A stretch of DNA of 63,490 bases, filler included, from Neoconidiobolus thromboides FSU 785 (Eukaryota > Fungi > Entomophthoromycota), in assembly GCA_025603075.1 (NCBI GenBank). It is 7 parts of 7 records of this genome, joined end to end, with 100 filler letters (N's around TTAATTAATTAA, not from the genome) between each part and the next. Parts side by side here need not be neighbours in the genome. Positions count along the whole stretch, not along the records: positions 18,330 to 23,206 come from MU626772.1; positions 23,307 to 36,608 come from MU626617.1; 5 more parts are not named here. One strand, given 5' to 3'. Under the pieces are notes generated by a model. It was not told the origin of the DNA, did not search any database, and saw only the letters and a program-made list of their open reading frames with translations. Each line of letters starts with the position of its first letter. The first letter of the stretch is position 1. Shown piece after piece: positions 22,020 through 36,210 of the stretch. A program made the position numbers and the translations under genes.

Positions 22020-23306
22020 TATATTTAAGTTTGCTTTTAATATCATTGTTTTTAATTTTTCATTGTCATATTATTAAAATTAATAACTATTTTCTCTCAA
22101 ACATTACTGAGCATGTATCGAGAACATTTCAGGGGTGGATTATTGAATATTTTAACATCATGAGAAAATATTGGTACAAAATAGCGGAAAATACAAGATT
22201 ACTACAATTTACATTTGCCATGCTCTAAATTAACTGTAGTAATAATAAAGTACAATTTGGGTTAATTATAGTTTTTTCAAATGATATTAGAATAGTTTAA
22301 GCAATAACAGCAATAAGATCATTATTTTGTATTCTTAACAAATTGTATGAAAATTAGACTTATTTTTTGTTTTTTTAAAGTTAAAAGTTCAATATATATG
22401 GATTTCATCCCTAATATCATTGTAAAAACGGATTGCAAAATTAATAAACCCCGTTTTATCATATAATTGTACTAATTGATCCAATTAACAAAAAATACCG
22501 AAATTTACTGTATATAACTCAGGGAGCATTAGTTTACTAAAGATGATAAGATGAATTGAGCTTAAGTTTTATAAATAAAGCGAGTAGGATAAAATATCTC
22601 TAATATACTATTTGCTATTGCCAAAACAAGTATGAAACGAGTTTAAAACTCGATTTATGCTTTTCAAATAAAAAAGGATGTTTTAATAATGTTTACCTCA
22701 ATAAAATACTTAGCAAGTTACATATTTTGGAAGAGCCTCCTCATTATATTTTCAAAGAACGTTGACTTCTAGCTATTCCTTCATCATAAGAATTAAAATG
22801 TTGAGATTGATATCCTTTACAGACATGTTCCTTTAAAATCAAAACCATTAACAATTTCTTTACAAGCTACTTTTGTATTATTTTATTACCACTATAGTTT
22901 TTTTCCTATTTTTATTGAGAAGAATTATGCAACTACAATTACATCAAATTTGCGCAATAACTTACATTTATCGATTTTATACATGATTAATTTTATACAT
23001 GATTTACACATAAGTGATACTGTAGTACTGTAGTACCATCTATTATTCTATTATTCTGATAAGGTAATGTACTACAGAGATTATCTAGTACAAATTCTTT
23101 TTATAATATATCTAGTCTTGATAATACTAAAACAAGCAATAATAAATTAATTTGATATAAAATAAAGATACGATTTTTATGTCTATTTTTAGATATAAAA
23201 TTATTANNNNNNNNNNNNNNNNNNNNNNNNNNNNNNNNNNNNNNNNNNNNTTAATTAATTAANNNNNNNNNNNNNNNNNNNNNNNNNNNNNNNNNNNNNN
23301 NNNNNN

Positions 23307-23515
23307 GGCTCATCAGCTTCAATTTCACGAACGCGTTCGATAAGCTCCTCAGTAGTTAACTTATGAGCTTCTTTATGGAGTAAAGCAAGTCTGGATTCTT
23401 CCTCAGTCTCAGTATTAGATGGTTTAGTAGCACTAGCGCTGACACTAATATCTTTAGATTCTTGGATTTGAGGTTTAGTTATAACTGGAGCAATATTTTT
23501 ATCAACTGAGGACAT
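23307..23515 (-). CDS. RNR2: Ribonucleotide reductase small subunit, 5' fragment (copy 1; rest in gap)
   Basis: ...LIERVREIEADE(P) resembles the LKE.EK.EPLL motif that starts the conserved R2 body. MCB upstream. Identity is inferred from a short segment. Confidence 0.65.
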
Positions 23516-23704
23516 TGATGAGAAATTTTAAAGGAAAGATAGAAAAATATCGTCGCGATCAATTTAGCTTTTATACTCTTGAATTAATATCATTAAATCA
23601 TTTTTCGTTATTTAGACTATTGATTGGACTAAAAGGCGAAACATGATTGGATTAACTGAGAATTACGTGAAGCTATCTATTGATTAAACTATCATTTAGC
23701 TAAA

Positions 23705-23740
23705 CTTAATTGGCTAGACTCCGAACGCGTTTATAGATTT
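23705..23740 (-). promoter_or_regulatory. MCB (ACGCGT) + CCAAT block upstream of RNR2 copy 1
   Basis: AAATCTATAAACGCGTTCGGAGTCTAGCCAATTAA lies ~210 bp upstream of the ATG and is conserved at 36175-36210. Confidence 0.6.
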
Positions 23741-24845
23741 CAAAGATTATGATTGGGAAATAAGGAATCAACTTCCAAAAGAAGAGAACGAAATGGTTCA
23801 TAGTAAATTCAATTGGATAAATCTGTTTGAAGAATATATTATTAGCCGAAAATTATCAGATTAGAACTTAATAATTAAAGGTATTCCGAATATCCATAAA
23901 CTTCATTTAATCTTCAGCTTTTATTGGCCAAAAATATGAATTTTTGTTTTACTATGATAACTTCATAAATTGTCAAAAATTATAGTTATAAACAACATTT
24001 GATAGCACTTGAGGATATTACTAATACTATGATATAACCCTTATATCATTTTGTACGTTTTTCTAATACTTATAATTATTTAGTAACAGCTATACATTTC
24101 AAAATATTAATTCAAATTAAATATACTCCATAAATATGATAGTTGTGCTAAACAACCAGACACTATACACGCAGCTTTGAGAGACTCACTAGTCTATTTA
24201 TCATTTATTTTTTAAAGACATAAGACTATTTTAATTCTTTTGATATAAATTCAATCGTTTAAACCTAAAGCATATGTTTTTGAGTCTTTGACATAAAGTT
24301 CACTTGTGTACTTGCATTTTTGTTTGAGTTGGTTATAAACTTTAATAATCTTTATACATATACTTTAAAATATATATTAACTAAATAACTCATTTAAAAT
24401 ATTCAGCAAATCAAAATTTTAATCTAAGCTTTCAATTATTTTTAACTTTAACTATTGTTTTGGATGGATCCAAAGGTCAGTTATTATTTGATACTGCTTA
24501 AAAGTTGGTACGTAATAGTAATATTATTATACCAGTTTTAAATTTTTTAGGAGAATAGAATCCTTACACCACTTGAAATTTTGATTTGTATTAATTCAAG
24601 GTTCTTTGTTGAAACATGGTTTGTATACTCTTTAGATTTATTTACTTTTTTAACTTATACCTTTAAATACAACTTTTAAAAAGCTTTGTAATTTTACCAA
24701 CTAACATAATGTTTAATGCAATTCTTAATTCAAAAGTTATTAAGCTTACCAATATCTCATGTTAAAGTGATATTGAGAATAACTGATTTTTTAATAATTT
24801 ATAATTTTTTTCAAATCTCTTTTAAATGACTTTTGAAGACGATAT

Positions 24846-24943
24846 GAGGATGTTTTTTTAGGTTCATTACTTTTTCCATTCTTTAAGCGCTATTTGAGTG
24901 GAAAAATTATTAGTAAAGCTCTTAAACACAAAAATATATCCCT
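24846..24943 (-). mobile_element. MITE copy
   Basis: ATAT-GAGGATG...TATCCCT-ATAT. Confidence 0.88.
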
Positions 24944-25641
24944 ATATAGTGAATATTTAATAAATAAAATGTTTGCCTAGTAAGGTACCATTTAATAATA
25001 GTGTATATTAAATGAATTATTGTGAACCATATACTATATTTATATAGAGTTATTAAGCTTTTGTTATTTTATCACAAACCTATAAGGGTGTTAACTATGA
25101 TGCTAAATGGATTTGTAGTTTTTGAAAATAACATTGGGATGGATAAAATAGTTTAATGAATTTTTTGTTTACTTTGATTCTTGTAATTGCTGAACAGTGG
25201 TATATTTCAACTTATTTTACAAGCTACATCAAAAAACAACTCCTATTAGCCTTATTTAAGGATATGATATCGTTACTCAAAGTATGAAGTATTTGTTTTT
25301 TATATTAAAATGAATATTTCTTTTTGAAGTTGAAAAGTTCTATTAAAAAATCCAAGTTTAATTAATAGCACAATATCGATTCATCTATATAAGAATAAAC
25401 AATTTATAAAAGAACCAATAAGTTGTATATAATTAATAAACTTGAAATCAACTATAACTTTTCTAAAAATGGGAGACTCTTAATTTGAAACCATTAGTTC
25501 ATATAACTAAACACAATTCTAAGTTTAAATTAATAAGATGATGCCAAGAATTAATCTATATAAGGCTCAAGGCGAATGGAATTCAACGGTTTATCTTTTT
25601 GAAAAAGAGTTCTGAAAATTTAAAGTTGATCTTATTACACC

Positions 25642-26787
25642 ATGCTTTTCAACCTAAAATCCATCACCTTGATAGTATTGAGCATATGTCAATTGGGGCT
25701 ATCTCAGGAGGTAGAGCCATGTACTGGGGACATAAAGACGAGAAAAAACATCAAAGACTTAAATGAGTATCAGTTAAAAGCTTATTTTGATAGTGTAAAG
25801 GCTTTAAATAATGGTCCAAAGCCAACGATCTATGATTCCTTTGCAGAAATTCACTTAAAATTTGCTAAAGACATCCATAATACTCCTTTGTTTCTAATCT
25901 GGCATCGTTATTTCTTATATTTCATGGAAAAAGAATTGCAAAAAATTGATCCAAGTGTGGTTATCCCATATTGGGATTGGACTGAAAACAATGAGCGTGC
26001 ACATGAGGATATGGTATTCAGTGATAGCTATTTTGGTGGTAGAAGTGGATCAGACCGGTGTGTGATTGATGGTCAATTCAAAGACTTTAAAGGATACTAT
26101 CGAGCAAACGGTAACAACCAAGAACACTGCTTACAAAGAAAAGTTAATTTTACTCTTTCTAGTACCAGCCGCTATGTTCTTAATACCAATTACTTTAGTT
26201 TAACTACAATTGATAAGTTTTGTAATGATCTTGAGTATGTGCCCCATGGAACCGTACATTCTGCAATCGGCGGGGAATTTGGAACTCATGCATCTCCAAA
26301 CGACCCTATCTTTTGGTCTCATCATGCGTTTATCGATAAATTGTTTTATGTTTGGCAAAAACGTAACCCTAGTCAGGCCAATTTCTATCACCTTCCATTA
26401 GATACATTTGTAGTACCTTGGAGTGCTACTATTGAACAAGGCTTAAATTCAGATAACAGCTTGTGTGTTAGCTATAATGAAGATAGCTTTGATTTGGAGA
26501 TAACGGGTAATATTAATAGAAATGAAAAAATCGAAATCAAACCATATGTAAAACCTAAAAATCAAACATTAAGTAATAGTGAATTAGATGAGTTCGATGC
26601 TAAATATGTGTTTGATGGATTGATTGTTGAGGATAGGTCTAGTAACTCTACAGATCTTATGAAAGAAGCAGCATCAAAGTTAATTTCAAGAGAATATTTA
26701 AAAATGTTCAATATCCCAATAGAAAAAGTTCGGGAATTAGAAAAAAGAGATACTATAACTGATTATCTTCATAGATATACTCCTTAA
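25642..26787 (+). CDS. Secreted tyrosinase (type-3 di-copper protein)
   Basis: Signal peptide. CuA: IHLKFAKDIH..FLIWHRYFL. CuB: PHGTVH...NDPIFWSHHAFIDK. Confidence 0.92.
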   Translation: MLFNLKSITLIVLSICQLGLSQEVEPCTGDIKTRKNIKDLNEYQLKAYFDSVKALNNGPKPTIYDSFAEIHLKFAKDIHNTPLFLIWHRYFLYFMEKELQKIDPSVVIPYWDWTENNERAHEDMVFSDSYFGGRSGSDRCVIDGQFKDFKGYYRANGNNQEHCLQRKVNFTLSSTSRYVLNTNYFSLTTIDKFCNDLEYVPHGTVHSAIGGEFGTHASPNDPIFWSHHAFIDKLFYVWQKRNPSQANFYHLPLDTFVVPWSATIEQGLNSDNSLCVSYNEDSFDLEITGNINRNEKIEIKPYVKPKNQTLSNSELDEFDAKYVFDGLIVEDRSSNSTDLMKEAASKLISREYLKMFNIPIEKVRELEKRDTITDYLHRYTP

Positions 26788-28225
26788 CTATAAATGATTT
26801 CGTTTTCTATTTAGATTCTAGATAATGTTTAACAACTTTTAAAATTTAATAAAGTATATTTTATTCATGGATTTTTACCGATAGCTTTTATTTAATGCCG
26901 CATTTGAGATTATACCCGACAAACTTTTAATACTTTAGAGCATACTCTAATGCTGATAACAAGGATGTAGAGTTTTTTTTCAGAGCTACTCAGATTACAG
27001 TGCCTGTGTACTTGTAGTGTCTCAGTTATTTTATAAGTAGTCATTTTATTTTGGCTAATGATTCTTATATATAAGTTAGTTTAAGAGCTTGGCTCAATTT
27101 TTGTCCAATTCGAATTTTAGCAAAAGTTGCGAATTAAGCACAAAATGTTATAAAATTAGTTGCTTTTTGTTTAATTTTAAAACTACTCATATGCAACGTT
27201 TTATTAGAATTTTCGAAAAATCTACTCTACATAGAGAACAGACAAAGAAAGTGAAATGGAAAGTCTCATTCTTAGTTTTAACTAAGCTTTTAGACTTACC
27301 AATATTTAAAATAAAAAATGCACTGTCTTTGAAAATAAATGAATTTTATACTTAAAATTTGGCATGTAGGCATTTACTTCAATGATTGATTCAATTATTG
27401 ATTCTTTTTATAACAATAGCAGTATAATCTCAAATCCAATATCAATATAAAAGCTTTGAAATCAATAATATTCAATGATAATTTAAAAGTTGTAATTGTA
27501 TAATTTATAAATAGAAATATCAATTAATTGCAACATCTATTATTAATTAAGATTACAATTAAAACGAGAACTTGTATGATTTATCATTGTAATAACAATT
27601 TTGTTGTATAAAATATTACTATAAAAGTATTGATTTAATTGTATTATTTTTATATAAATAAAATACAATAAAAATAATATCAAGTGTAATTTTTAAGCTA
27701 TCTATTTACCAATAAGATTAGTAAAGTATCTATATACGAGGCAACGTAAAATTTAAGATAGTATTATTACATTGTTACATATATAATTAATTAGCTTTCT
27801 TCATTAAATTATACAAAATCAAAACATAATAAAAAAGAACAGACAAAGTTCTCTATTGAAATCATAAATTAAGTATCACTAAATTAAAATTCAAACAACA
27901 ATTAATTGTTGTTCTCATGACATAGTCCACCATGAGAAAGATCTTAAAATTCTAAAACCAACGTTTGGTAAAATATCAACTTCAATCAGCCTATAAAACC
28001 CATCTAATTTCAAAACCCAGCTATTTGATTTGATTTCAGCAGTGGCTCTTACCATCTTATTTACCTTAAGTTTAATTTATTAATTGAGCAGTTGTAATAA
28101 TCAATAAGTATCCCATTGTACATTAAATTGATTTATTGAATACTCTTTATTTAAAATTAAAATTAATAATTGTAAGAAAATACTATTTTAATAATTTATA
28201 AATTGAATGATATATAGGTTAAAAG

Positions 28226-31200
28226 ATGACGTCGCGAGAAAGGATTGACTCTGTGATTGACGTATATAATAATGTATCACCGGAATTAGAAACGTTTGAA
28301 AAAGTGGTCGAAGAAAGAGATGAGCTTAGAGAACAGAATAAACAGCTATGGAAAATCATTGAAAAACAACGACTTATTGTGCATCAACTTCAAAAGATTG
28401 TTAACTCTAGTCCGGAGCTTAAAAAGAAGATTAAAATGGAATCCAATGGAAATAAAGTGCCACTGTTATCTAGAAGAAAAGATTCGAATTCAAAAAACGA
28501 TATCAAAAAAAATGAAGGGGAAAATAATTCAAATCAAGACAATGATAATAATTTAAAAGAAAAGGTAGAAGGTAATGAAACCTTGGAAGGGTCTGTTACA
28601 CACATTAATAAACCTTCGCTGGTTGAAGACTTAAATTTTGATAATGAAATCAGTAGAGCACAAAAAACCCAATCTATTATCGATGAAAAATTTCAACTGA
28701 AGCCTCTAGAAGATGTGGCTACCTTAGATCAAGAAATGCATTCTAATGCTATTACAAAAAATGAAGACGAATGGGATGGAAATGAAAATAAGCTCAAAGG
28801 AAAGATGGGGTTACATAAAGCCTCCTCTGCCCCACGATTACATATTCCAAGCTTAAAAAATAATCTACAATCTTCACATATGGTAAGCCTCGATGCTTTA
28901 AGTTCAAAACAAGATAAAGAACTTGTTTCACCACAAGATTCCAAATCAAAGCTATCAATTCCACCAAGATCGAACTTAAGAAATCGTGGAGATCCACCAA
29001 TTGTGAAAGAAAATGAAAAAAAATATCTACCCACTATTGCTGAAAAAGAAGAGATGTTAAGACTTCCTAATAATAGGATACCAGATCTTAGAAAAGGAAA
29101 AGCTAAAAAGGCAGATTTGAACAATGATTCTTCATCCGAGGTAAACCTAAGTAGAGATGTTAGAGAAGAAAAACCAGATTTAATTGGTAATTCTCAGATA
29201 AACAATACTAGTGAGGTAACATCAATAGAACCCATGGAAAAAGAGACAGTGAACAAAGTACACCGTTCGCTTTCAGAAAGCTCAGTTAGACCTCCAACTG
29301 CATTATCTCAAAAGTCAATATTAAAAAATAATGATGAAGTATCAAATATAGCAGAAAATAAAAAATCGCATTCTAAATCCACTTCATTAAGTAGTAGATT
29401 TTCTAATCATAGAGATTCTATTCCTTCTGTTCATTCTAATTTATCTGGCCATGATGAAGCAGAGGATATATATAAGACAGCTCGTACAGACCCAATAGAT
29501 CCAGAAAATTTAGGATTGGAAAAAGAAGAGATGATTGAAAATGTTAAAGCTAGTAATCTCAGCCCTGATAATCAAAGACCGATGATTTACATTCCAAGCC
29601 CTCCTCAAGCAGTCCCGGACACTTTTGATCAAAATTTAAATGATGGCTATTCAAGTTCAGTAGCTTCTAACGACTCGGATTTTGATGCAGATGCAGGATT
29701 TATATCTAATGTTTCACCTGAGGAAGAATCTTCTCGTTTAGCTATACGAGGTTCAAAAATTGAAGTATTCAGCTCAACATCAAAAACATCCATACCTAAT
29801 GAAAACCAAGAACCTGATTTTAATCCAAATGCAGTTAATGGGTTGAATAATTACACAAATAATAATAGCAGTGAACCTATACTACATCCTTTATTTCATA
29901 CTGACGATGAAACTCAAAAGGACATTGAGGTTACTGAATTGAAGGAAGATAGTATCTTACAGGAATCCCAAATTCCAGAGATTACTGAAATTGTTGAATC
30001 GGAACCAAATAGTATTGGTCAAAGTTTCAATGAGGGTGATCCAACTTTGAATTTAAATCAAAATGTTAGATCCGACATAAAACGAACAAGAACAAGTAGA
30101 TCTGAAGAAGGATTTGCAACTTTCAAAGAAGAAATTAAACTTAAGAAAAAACAAAGCGCGTCAAGTTTACTTTTAGATGATCCAAAGAAATTGAACCAAG
30201 TACTATCCACTGAAAAAGATGTTAGAAACAACCATCATATAAATAGGGGTAAGGTAGTTAATGAAAGTGAAGAGTCAAGTAATAACTCATCCTCTTTAAT
30301 TGAAAAAACGCAAAATGAATTGGAAGAAATAACTAAAGAAGCAATATTAATTCAAAAACAATTCAAGAAAATTAAACTAGAAGTACATACAATTGACGCT
30401 ACCAGTGATAATCCAACCATAAATCTAATAGTTTATGGAATTCCAATTAGTTGTACTACAAATGACGTTAATGCTAATTTTATTCAAATTAACCGATTAG
30501 AAAAAACATGGAAAAAAATGATGTTATTAGATGAAATGGTAAAACACTAATTAAAATTATCAGTTCATTATTAATATTTTTTAGTTTAAAAAAGAATTGC
30601 CAGATAAACTAAACGATAAAATGCCAGAGTTACCACAATTTACAGGGGAATCGGCAGATAAAAAGATAGAAATGTATTTAATAGAACTTTTAAGTCTAGA
30701 TAAAGAAATACCACTATCTAATACCCCTGGTTCTTTGTGGTTATTTTTAGTATCAGATATAATAATACCACCACCACTTCCATTGGACGAAACCAATGAT
30801 CAAAATCTACCTCATCGTCCTATATTTAAATCAGGTAAACTATTAAAACGTGGTAAAAAGCTTGGAAAGTTGAAATTAAGATTTTTTGTCTTAAATAGTA
30901 TGTTTTTGGAATATTTTGAATCTGTAAGTTTACCAATTTTTTTCAATTTTTTTGTTAATAAAACGTAAATAGGAAGAAGGTCCACATCTTGGAACAATTA
31001 ATTTATATAGAGCACAAATATCGAAATCAACTGTTGCTACTTTACACTCAGAACAATTTGGGCAATATCTTTATGCAATTACTATATTAGAGAATAGGAA
31101 AGGAAATATTATTAAACATATATTCTTTATAAACAATATAAAAGATTGGGAAGAATGGATATTAGCACTCAATTATTATGCTAATATAACGGATGCTAAA

Positions 31201-32848
31201 GAAGTGAATAATTTGGAATTAAATAAATTAAAAAGCTTTAAATCGCAAGAGAGTTTCACTTCTAATAAAACACCAGTTAAAAATCGACCTACATCACCTC
31301 AATCTACTTTTTCAAATCAAAGCGATACAGTTTCTAATCCTAACCAATTATCTTCTTCATTACCACAATCCAATGAACCATCTATATTAGATAAATTTAC
31401 TAAAAAGAATAAAGTTTTGGATTTTATGGATTCAACCAAACCAATTAAAAAAGAGGTTAATATTAAAGCACAAAAAAGAACTCAAAGGAAAACATTTCAT
31501 TGGAATACAAAGAACTTTTTTGCAGGTAAAAATAAATTATTTAATTCTATTAAATTCAAATATGAATTTATTTTGTTTTAGATGCATTTAATAAGAAAGC
31601 TATGAACCAAAGTAAAGTGTTTGGTGTATTACTAGAAGAGTCTATTCTTAAGGGAAAAATTAAACCGGATCTTAATTTACCTGCCGTTGTTTATCGTTGT
31701 GTTGAATACTTAGAAAAGCATCAAGGTAGTTAATTATAATATCTTAATTGATTTCATTCATTTACTTTATAAATTTAGCATACTTAGAAGAGGGTATTTA
31801 TCGGTTATCGGGTTCTTCAGCAGATATCCAAACTTTAAAAGAAAAATTTGACTATGGTAATTTAACTTTTTAATTTTATATTATAGCCATAGCTAATTTT
31901 GTATTTTCATATTTTATTTTTATTAGAGGGCGATTATAATCTTGTTAAAGCTTCCAAACGATATGATGTTCATACTATCGCAGGATTGCTCAAATTATAT
32001 TTAAGGGAAATGCCAAGCTTTATACTTACAAATGAATTACAACCCGAATTTGTAAAAATCATTGGTAAACTTTAATTTTTAAATTAAATTGATATAAAAA
32101 TTTATAATAAATTATAGAATTGCCAGAAAGAAATGATAAAGTAAATGAATTAGGGAGATTAGTATGTGCCTTACCAATAGCCAATTATACCACATTACGT
32201 ACTTTGATTGCTCATTTAATTCGAATTGTTGAAAAATCGGACATCAATAAGATGACTTTACGTAATATTGGTATTGTTTTTGTACCAACATTAGCGATAC
32301 CAGCTGGTGTATTTTCCTTAATGATATTAGAATTTGAGCATATCTTTTGGATTAATGAAAAAGGGGATGCCTCACCCAAACAAGTTAATAGTGATTATAC
32401 AGGCTCCCAATTGACTCATGTAGTAGAAGGAGTACAAAATCCAACACCAACAGTAATTAATAATAATTCACCAATTGCTAGAACTCGAATGGTATTAGAT
32501 GATGGATTTCGAGATAATAGGAATTCGATTTTATATAGAGATATGATGCCAAGTGAAATTGTTCATAATGAAAGAGGGTTAAATATTAATGGTAAAGAAT
32601 TAGATGAAACTGGATTGACTGGAGAGGAAATTGAGGTTTCTAGTATTGAGGAATTTGTTCCTACTCAATATCCTCCTACTATTTCAGATGCTAATTCAGA
32701 CATTATTGAATCGGAAAATGAAAATGAAAATGAAAATGAAAACGAAAATGAAAATGAAAATGATGGTGAGGACGATATAACGGAATTACATACCATTGAA
32801 GAATTCAGTGAAGAAGAAATGGAAAGTAAATTGAATCAAATGGCTTAA
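28226..32848 (+). CDS. Multi-exon RhoGAP (coiled-coil, PX/PH-like, RhoGAP; BEM3-like architecture)
   Basis: KSGKLLKRGKKLGKLKLRFFVL (PH). LPAVVYRCVEYLE..EEGIYRLSGS..HTIAGLLKLYLRE..NYTTLRTLIAHL..NKMTLRNIGIVFVPTL (RhoGAP). GT-AG introns. Confidence 0.88.
32714..32761 (+). repeat. (GAAAAT)n hexamer encoding Glu-Asn repeats
   Basis: About 8 tandem units in the RhoGAP tail. Confidence 0.9.
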
Positions 32849-33330
32849 TTAGCTCTAAGTTCATGATATCTAATACCACTATTTATTTGTAATTGTATGT
32901 TTCTATTTAGATTATTTATTTCTACTATCTAATTCTTATAAATCCACTTTTACCCTCTTTATTACTTACCTCTCTTACACTAATAAATATTAATAATTTT
33001 TAATCGTTTTAAATGCCATTGATTTGCCATCATCTCATTTATTATGGTATATTTATATAATAACAGTTGCATATATTTGTATTTTCTTTATGTTTTTATT
33101 TTTTATTTTTTCATTTCAACTTTTTATATGACATTTATATTGTTATAAAGAATATATCATACTATTTATTTAGTACAATTGTAAGTTTTCTCATACTTGG
33201 TTATATTAAGGTTTATGCGGTACTTAGAATGCGGATCTAGAGTATTATTTAGGATAAATAGAATATAAAAAAGGTGAAAGAAGTATAATTTAGTTAAACT
33301 AAATATAGGGTATTGCTATGTATAGAATAT

Positions 33331-33424
33331 GGGAACGTTTTTTTAGTTTCATTACTTTTTCCATTTTCTAAGCCCTATTTGAGCGGAAAAATTGAGTAAA
33401 ATTCTTACACAAAAATTCATCCCC
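33331..33424 (-). mobile_element. MITE copy
   Basis: ATAT-GGGAACG...CATCCCC-ATAT. Confidence 0.88.
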
Positions 33425-33479
33425 ATATGATGATTGGGGCTTTTGGCTAATTTCCCTATTTAGAACAAAATACTACAAC

Positions 33480-34352
33480 GGTGGTTCAAATCCCTCAGTA
33501 TATAATACAACTAAAGAGTTTAGAAGTTGTAAATGCAAAGAAAGAGCCTGAAAATTAATAAAAATTAGCTATGGATTTAAAATTGGTAGTACTTTTAGCA
33601 TCAGTACCTTATCTCAAACATTGGGTGTGTTACCACCAGCAAGAGCTGTTGATGAATATGAAATATCTCTAAAATATAAAGACCTATGGATGCTTAATTT
33701 AGGTCTTTTAAAACACCCTTTATGTAGCAAAATGGCTTATAAAATCACTTTAATTATCACTGCCCCTTGTTATAATTTTGAAAGAGTTTCAAATTGGAGT
33801 ACTAGCTTCCACCGCCATGATATAAAAATTGAGGAAAGCAAAGAGGAAAGTAAACCATGTCAAATGATTGATTTTTCTACTCAATCATAACATAATACTG
33901 GTAAATTTGATTTAAATGATATGTCTATTTAGAAAATTGAAAGCAGTTGATGTTTAAGCCAAAAAGATACCTTCATTATTGATGATGGTAAATTTGCTAA
34001 ATCAATTGATTAGCTATTGATTATGATCAAATAGTGAGATACTCATGGAGGTAGTAGAGGGAGGCAATGTATTATCAGAAGTAAAAGTGCTTACTTATGA
34101 TATTAAGAAATGTGTTGACTCTTATTAATAAGTTAACAAAATAGCTAATGATAGCATGATGCTCTGCACTGGCTATCCAGAAGGGATTGAAGATACATTC
34201 CAAGTGATCCTGGGGGTCCGGTATTTAAATTTAGACCAAGAAAAACTACTCCTATTGCTATTGCTTCATGGGGATATAGATGTGCTCGAAAAGAATTTCC
34301 AGGGGTTCATATTGAGTCGTTTATGCTTAAATCTTTTATTGACCAAGTTTTG
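33480..34352 (+). pseudogene. Trypsin-like S1 serine protease pseudogene
   Basis: MLCTGYPEG, then a frameshift at CAAGTGATCCTGGGGGTCCG (GDSGGP read as DPGGP), then IAIASWGYRCARKEFPGV. ITAPC replaces TAAHC. Multiple stops. The start is approximate. Confidence 0.75.
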
Positions 34353-34723
34353 AAGTTTATTACCTATTACATCAATAAAACCGAATTCCATTTTATCCAA
34401 ATGCAAAAGTCTTTTTTAGGAGCGTTCTATTTTAATTATTTATATTAAGCCTTAATAAATACGTTATTTTAAATATAGTACAAGATGAATTACGCTTGAG
34501 AATCAATTGTTAATCTTTTATTTCATGAGTCAATCTCCAATGACATAAATATAATAGATAATAATATACACATAAAAGTAGATTCCTGAATTTGGATAAT
34601 TTAAATTTATAACCCAAGAAATAACTATACAATTTAGTTGCTACAAAATAATAAAAATAGGCCCCATCGTTCTCTAGAGTAATTCTCTAAATGTAATGGT
34701 TAAAACAATTATAGCATCTATAG

Positions 34724-34819
34724 AACTCTACTGTTTTATTTATCACTTTTTCCTTTTTTTTGTCTGTTATTGAGTGGAAAAAATGCTAATAGATTTCTTA
34801 AGCAAAAATAGACATCCCC
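34724..34819 (-). mobile_element. MITE copy (degenerate)
   Basis: TTGAGTGGAAAAAA...TTCTTAAGCAAAAATAGACATCCCC. The left end is eroded. Confidence 0.55.
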
Positions 34820-35051
34820 GTATGCTGTTTATCTTCTCACTAAAGCAGCTATTTTAACAATAATAGTTGGTTATACAACTACTAAGAAAACAAAAGAAAT
34901 CATTTTATAGCATAAAACTTAGAAACTATTAATTGAAACCAAAGTAATCTATTCTTAATATTTTTTACAAAACCTAATTTTGTCTATTAAAATATAATTT
35001 TTATTTTCAAATCTATTTTTTATTATTATCTCGAATAATATACTAATATAC

Positions 35052-35148
35052 GGGGCTGTTTTTTTTAGTTTCAGTATTTTTCCATTTTTTAAGCGCTATT
35101 TGAGTGAAAAGATTATAGCAAAATTCTCAAACAAAAAAACACATCCCC
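35052..35148 (-). mobile_element. MITE copy
   Basis: ATAC-GGGGCTG...CATCCCC-ATAT. Confidence 0.9.
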
Positions 35149-36174
35149 ATATACTATAAAATAAGTTTAAAAATAGTTTGAAAAATTAACCTATTATAGT
35201 ATTGAAGCTACATATTAATATGATATCAATAATCTTAAATTAACATATAATATTTATAAAATTTTATTATATAAAGCCTATATTAAATTTTGTACAAATT
35301 AGATTTAAAGAAATGTTGTATCAATAGTTAAATAAATACAAGAAAAAGGAAAGCGGTATATTATATGCATACGTCAATTTAATAAAGTAGTTAAGTTATG
35401 ATGGTGTTATCATTTTTTCAAAGTGTTTAAAATTTTAACTGCACTTTAACACGTTTTAGGTAAAACTAACAACGCTTGTTTAAAATAAATAAATGTAATG
35501 ATAAGTATTAAAAATATGAAGAAAATTTTATTATTGAAAATTTTACTGGGTTGAAAAGTGGTAATAGTTATCTAATATAAGCCTACTAATGGTCTAAAGA
35601 GGAGTTATACTAAGGCTATATAAAGCCTATACCGGACATATTACTATTTACGTTTTATTTGAAAATAATCAAGGCTATTTAAATAGCTGCTAGAAGCGAT
35701 GATACTATCTTAAGAAATAAACTATAAGCCAGGAGATCTTTGGAAACTTCGCAAACAGCTTATGTTTCCCTTGATGTTTTCACCTTTTCAACTACCTTAT
35801 TCAGGTTTTAAAAATGTGAAATTTATCAATGGGCTGTAGCAGCATATTCTGATTTGATTATAGCAATATGAAGTTGGGTGATAATAATGATGTATTCATT
35901 TGTTCCTAATTATTGTTTATAATTATGAACATCATAATTATTTATAAAAGTTACTATCACTAAAGTAAAACTCAGGATCGGAACCAATGAATATTGAGCA
36001 TCAAGTAAACTTGATAGATACTTGAAATATTGTTAATTTATTATTCAAGTTTTAATCTGATAACTTTATCTAGTAATATTCTCTATAAAGTAGGCTTACC
36101 CAATTATATTCATTATAAGTGATCTCGTTTCTTTCCCCTAAAATTGATTCTCTACTTTCCAATCATAATCCTTA

Positions 36175-36210
36175 AAATCTATAAACGCGCTCGGAGTCTG
36201 ACCAATTAAA
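36175..36210 (+). promoter_or_regulatory. MCB-like (ACGCGC) + CCAAT block upstream of RNR2 copy 2
   Basis: AAATCTATAAACGCGCTCGGAGTCTGACCAATTAAA lies ~210 bp upstream of ATG 36400. Confidence 0.6.

Noticed and set aside
22690-22920. Short STFF-containing similarity to the Sola-like transposase
   Set aside because: Only about 25 bp of resemblance, with no terminus or catalytic motifs. Too little to call.
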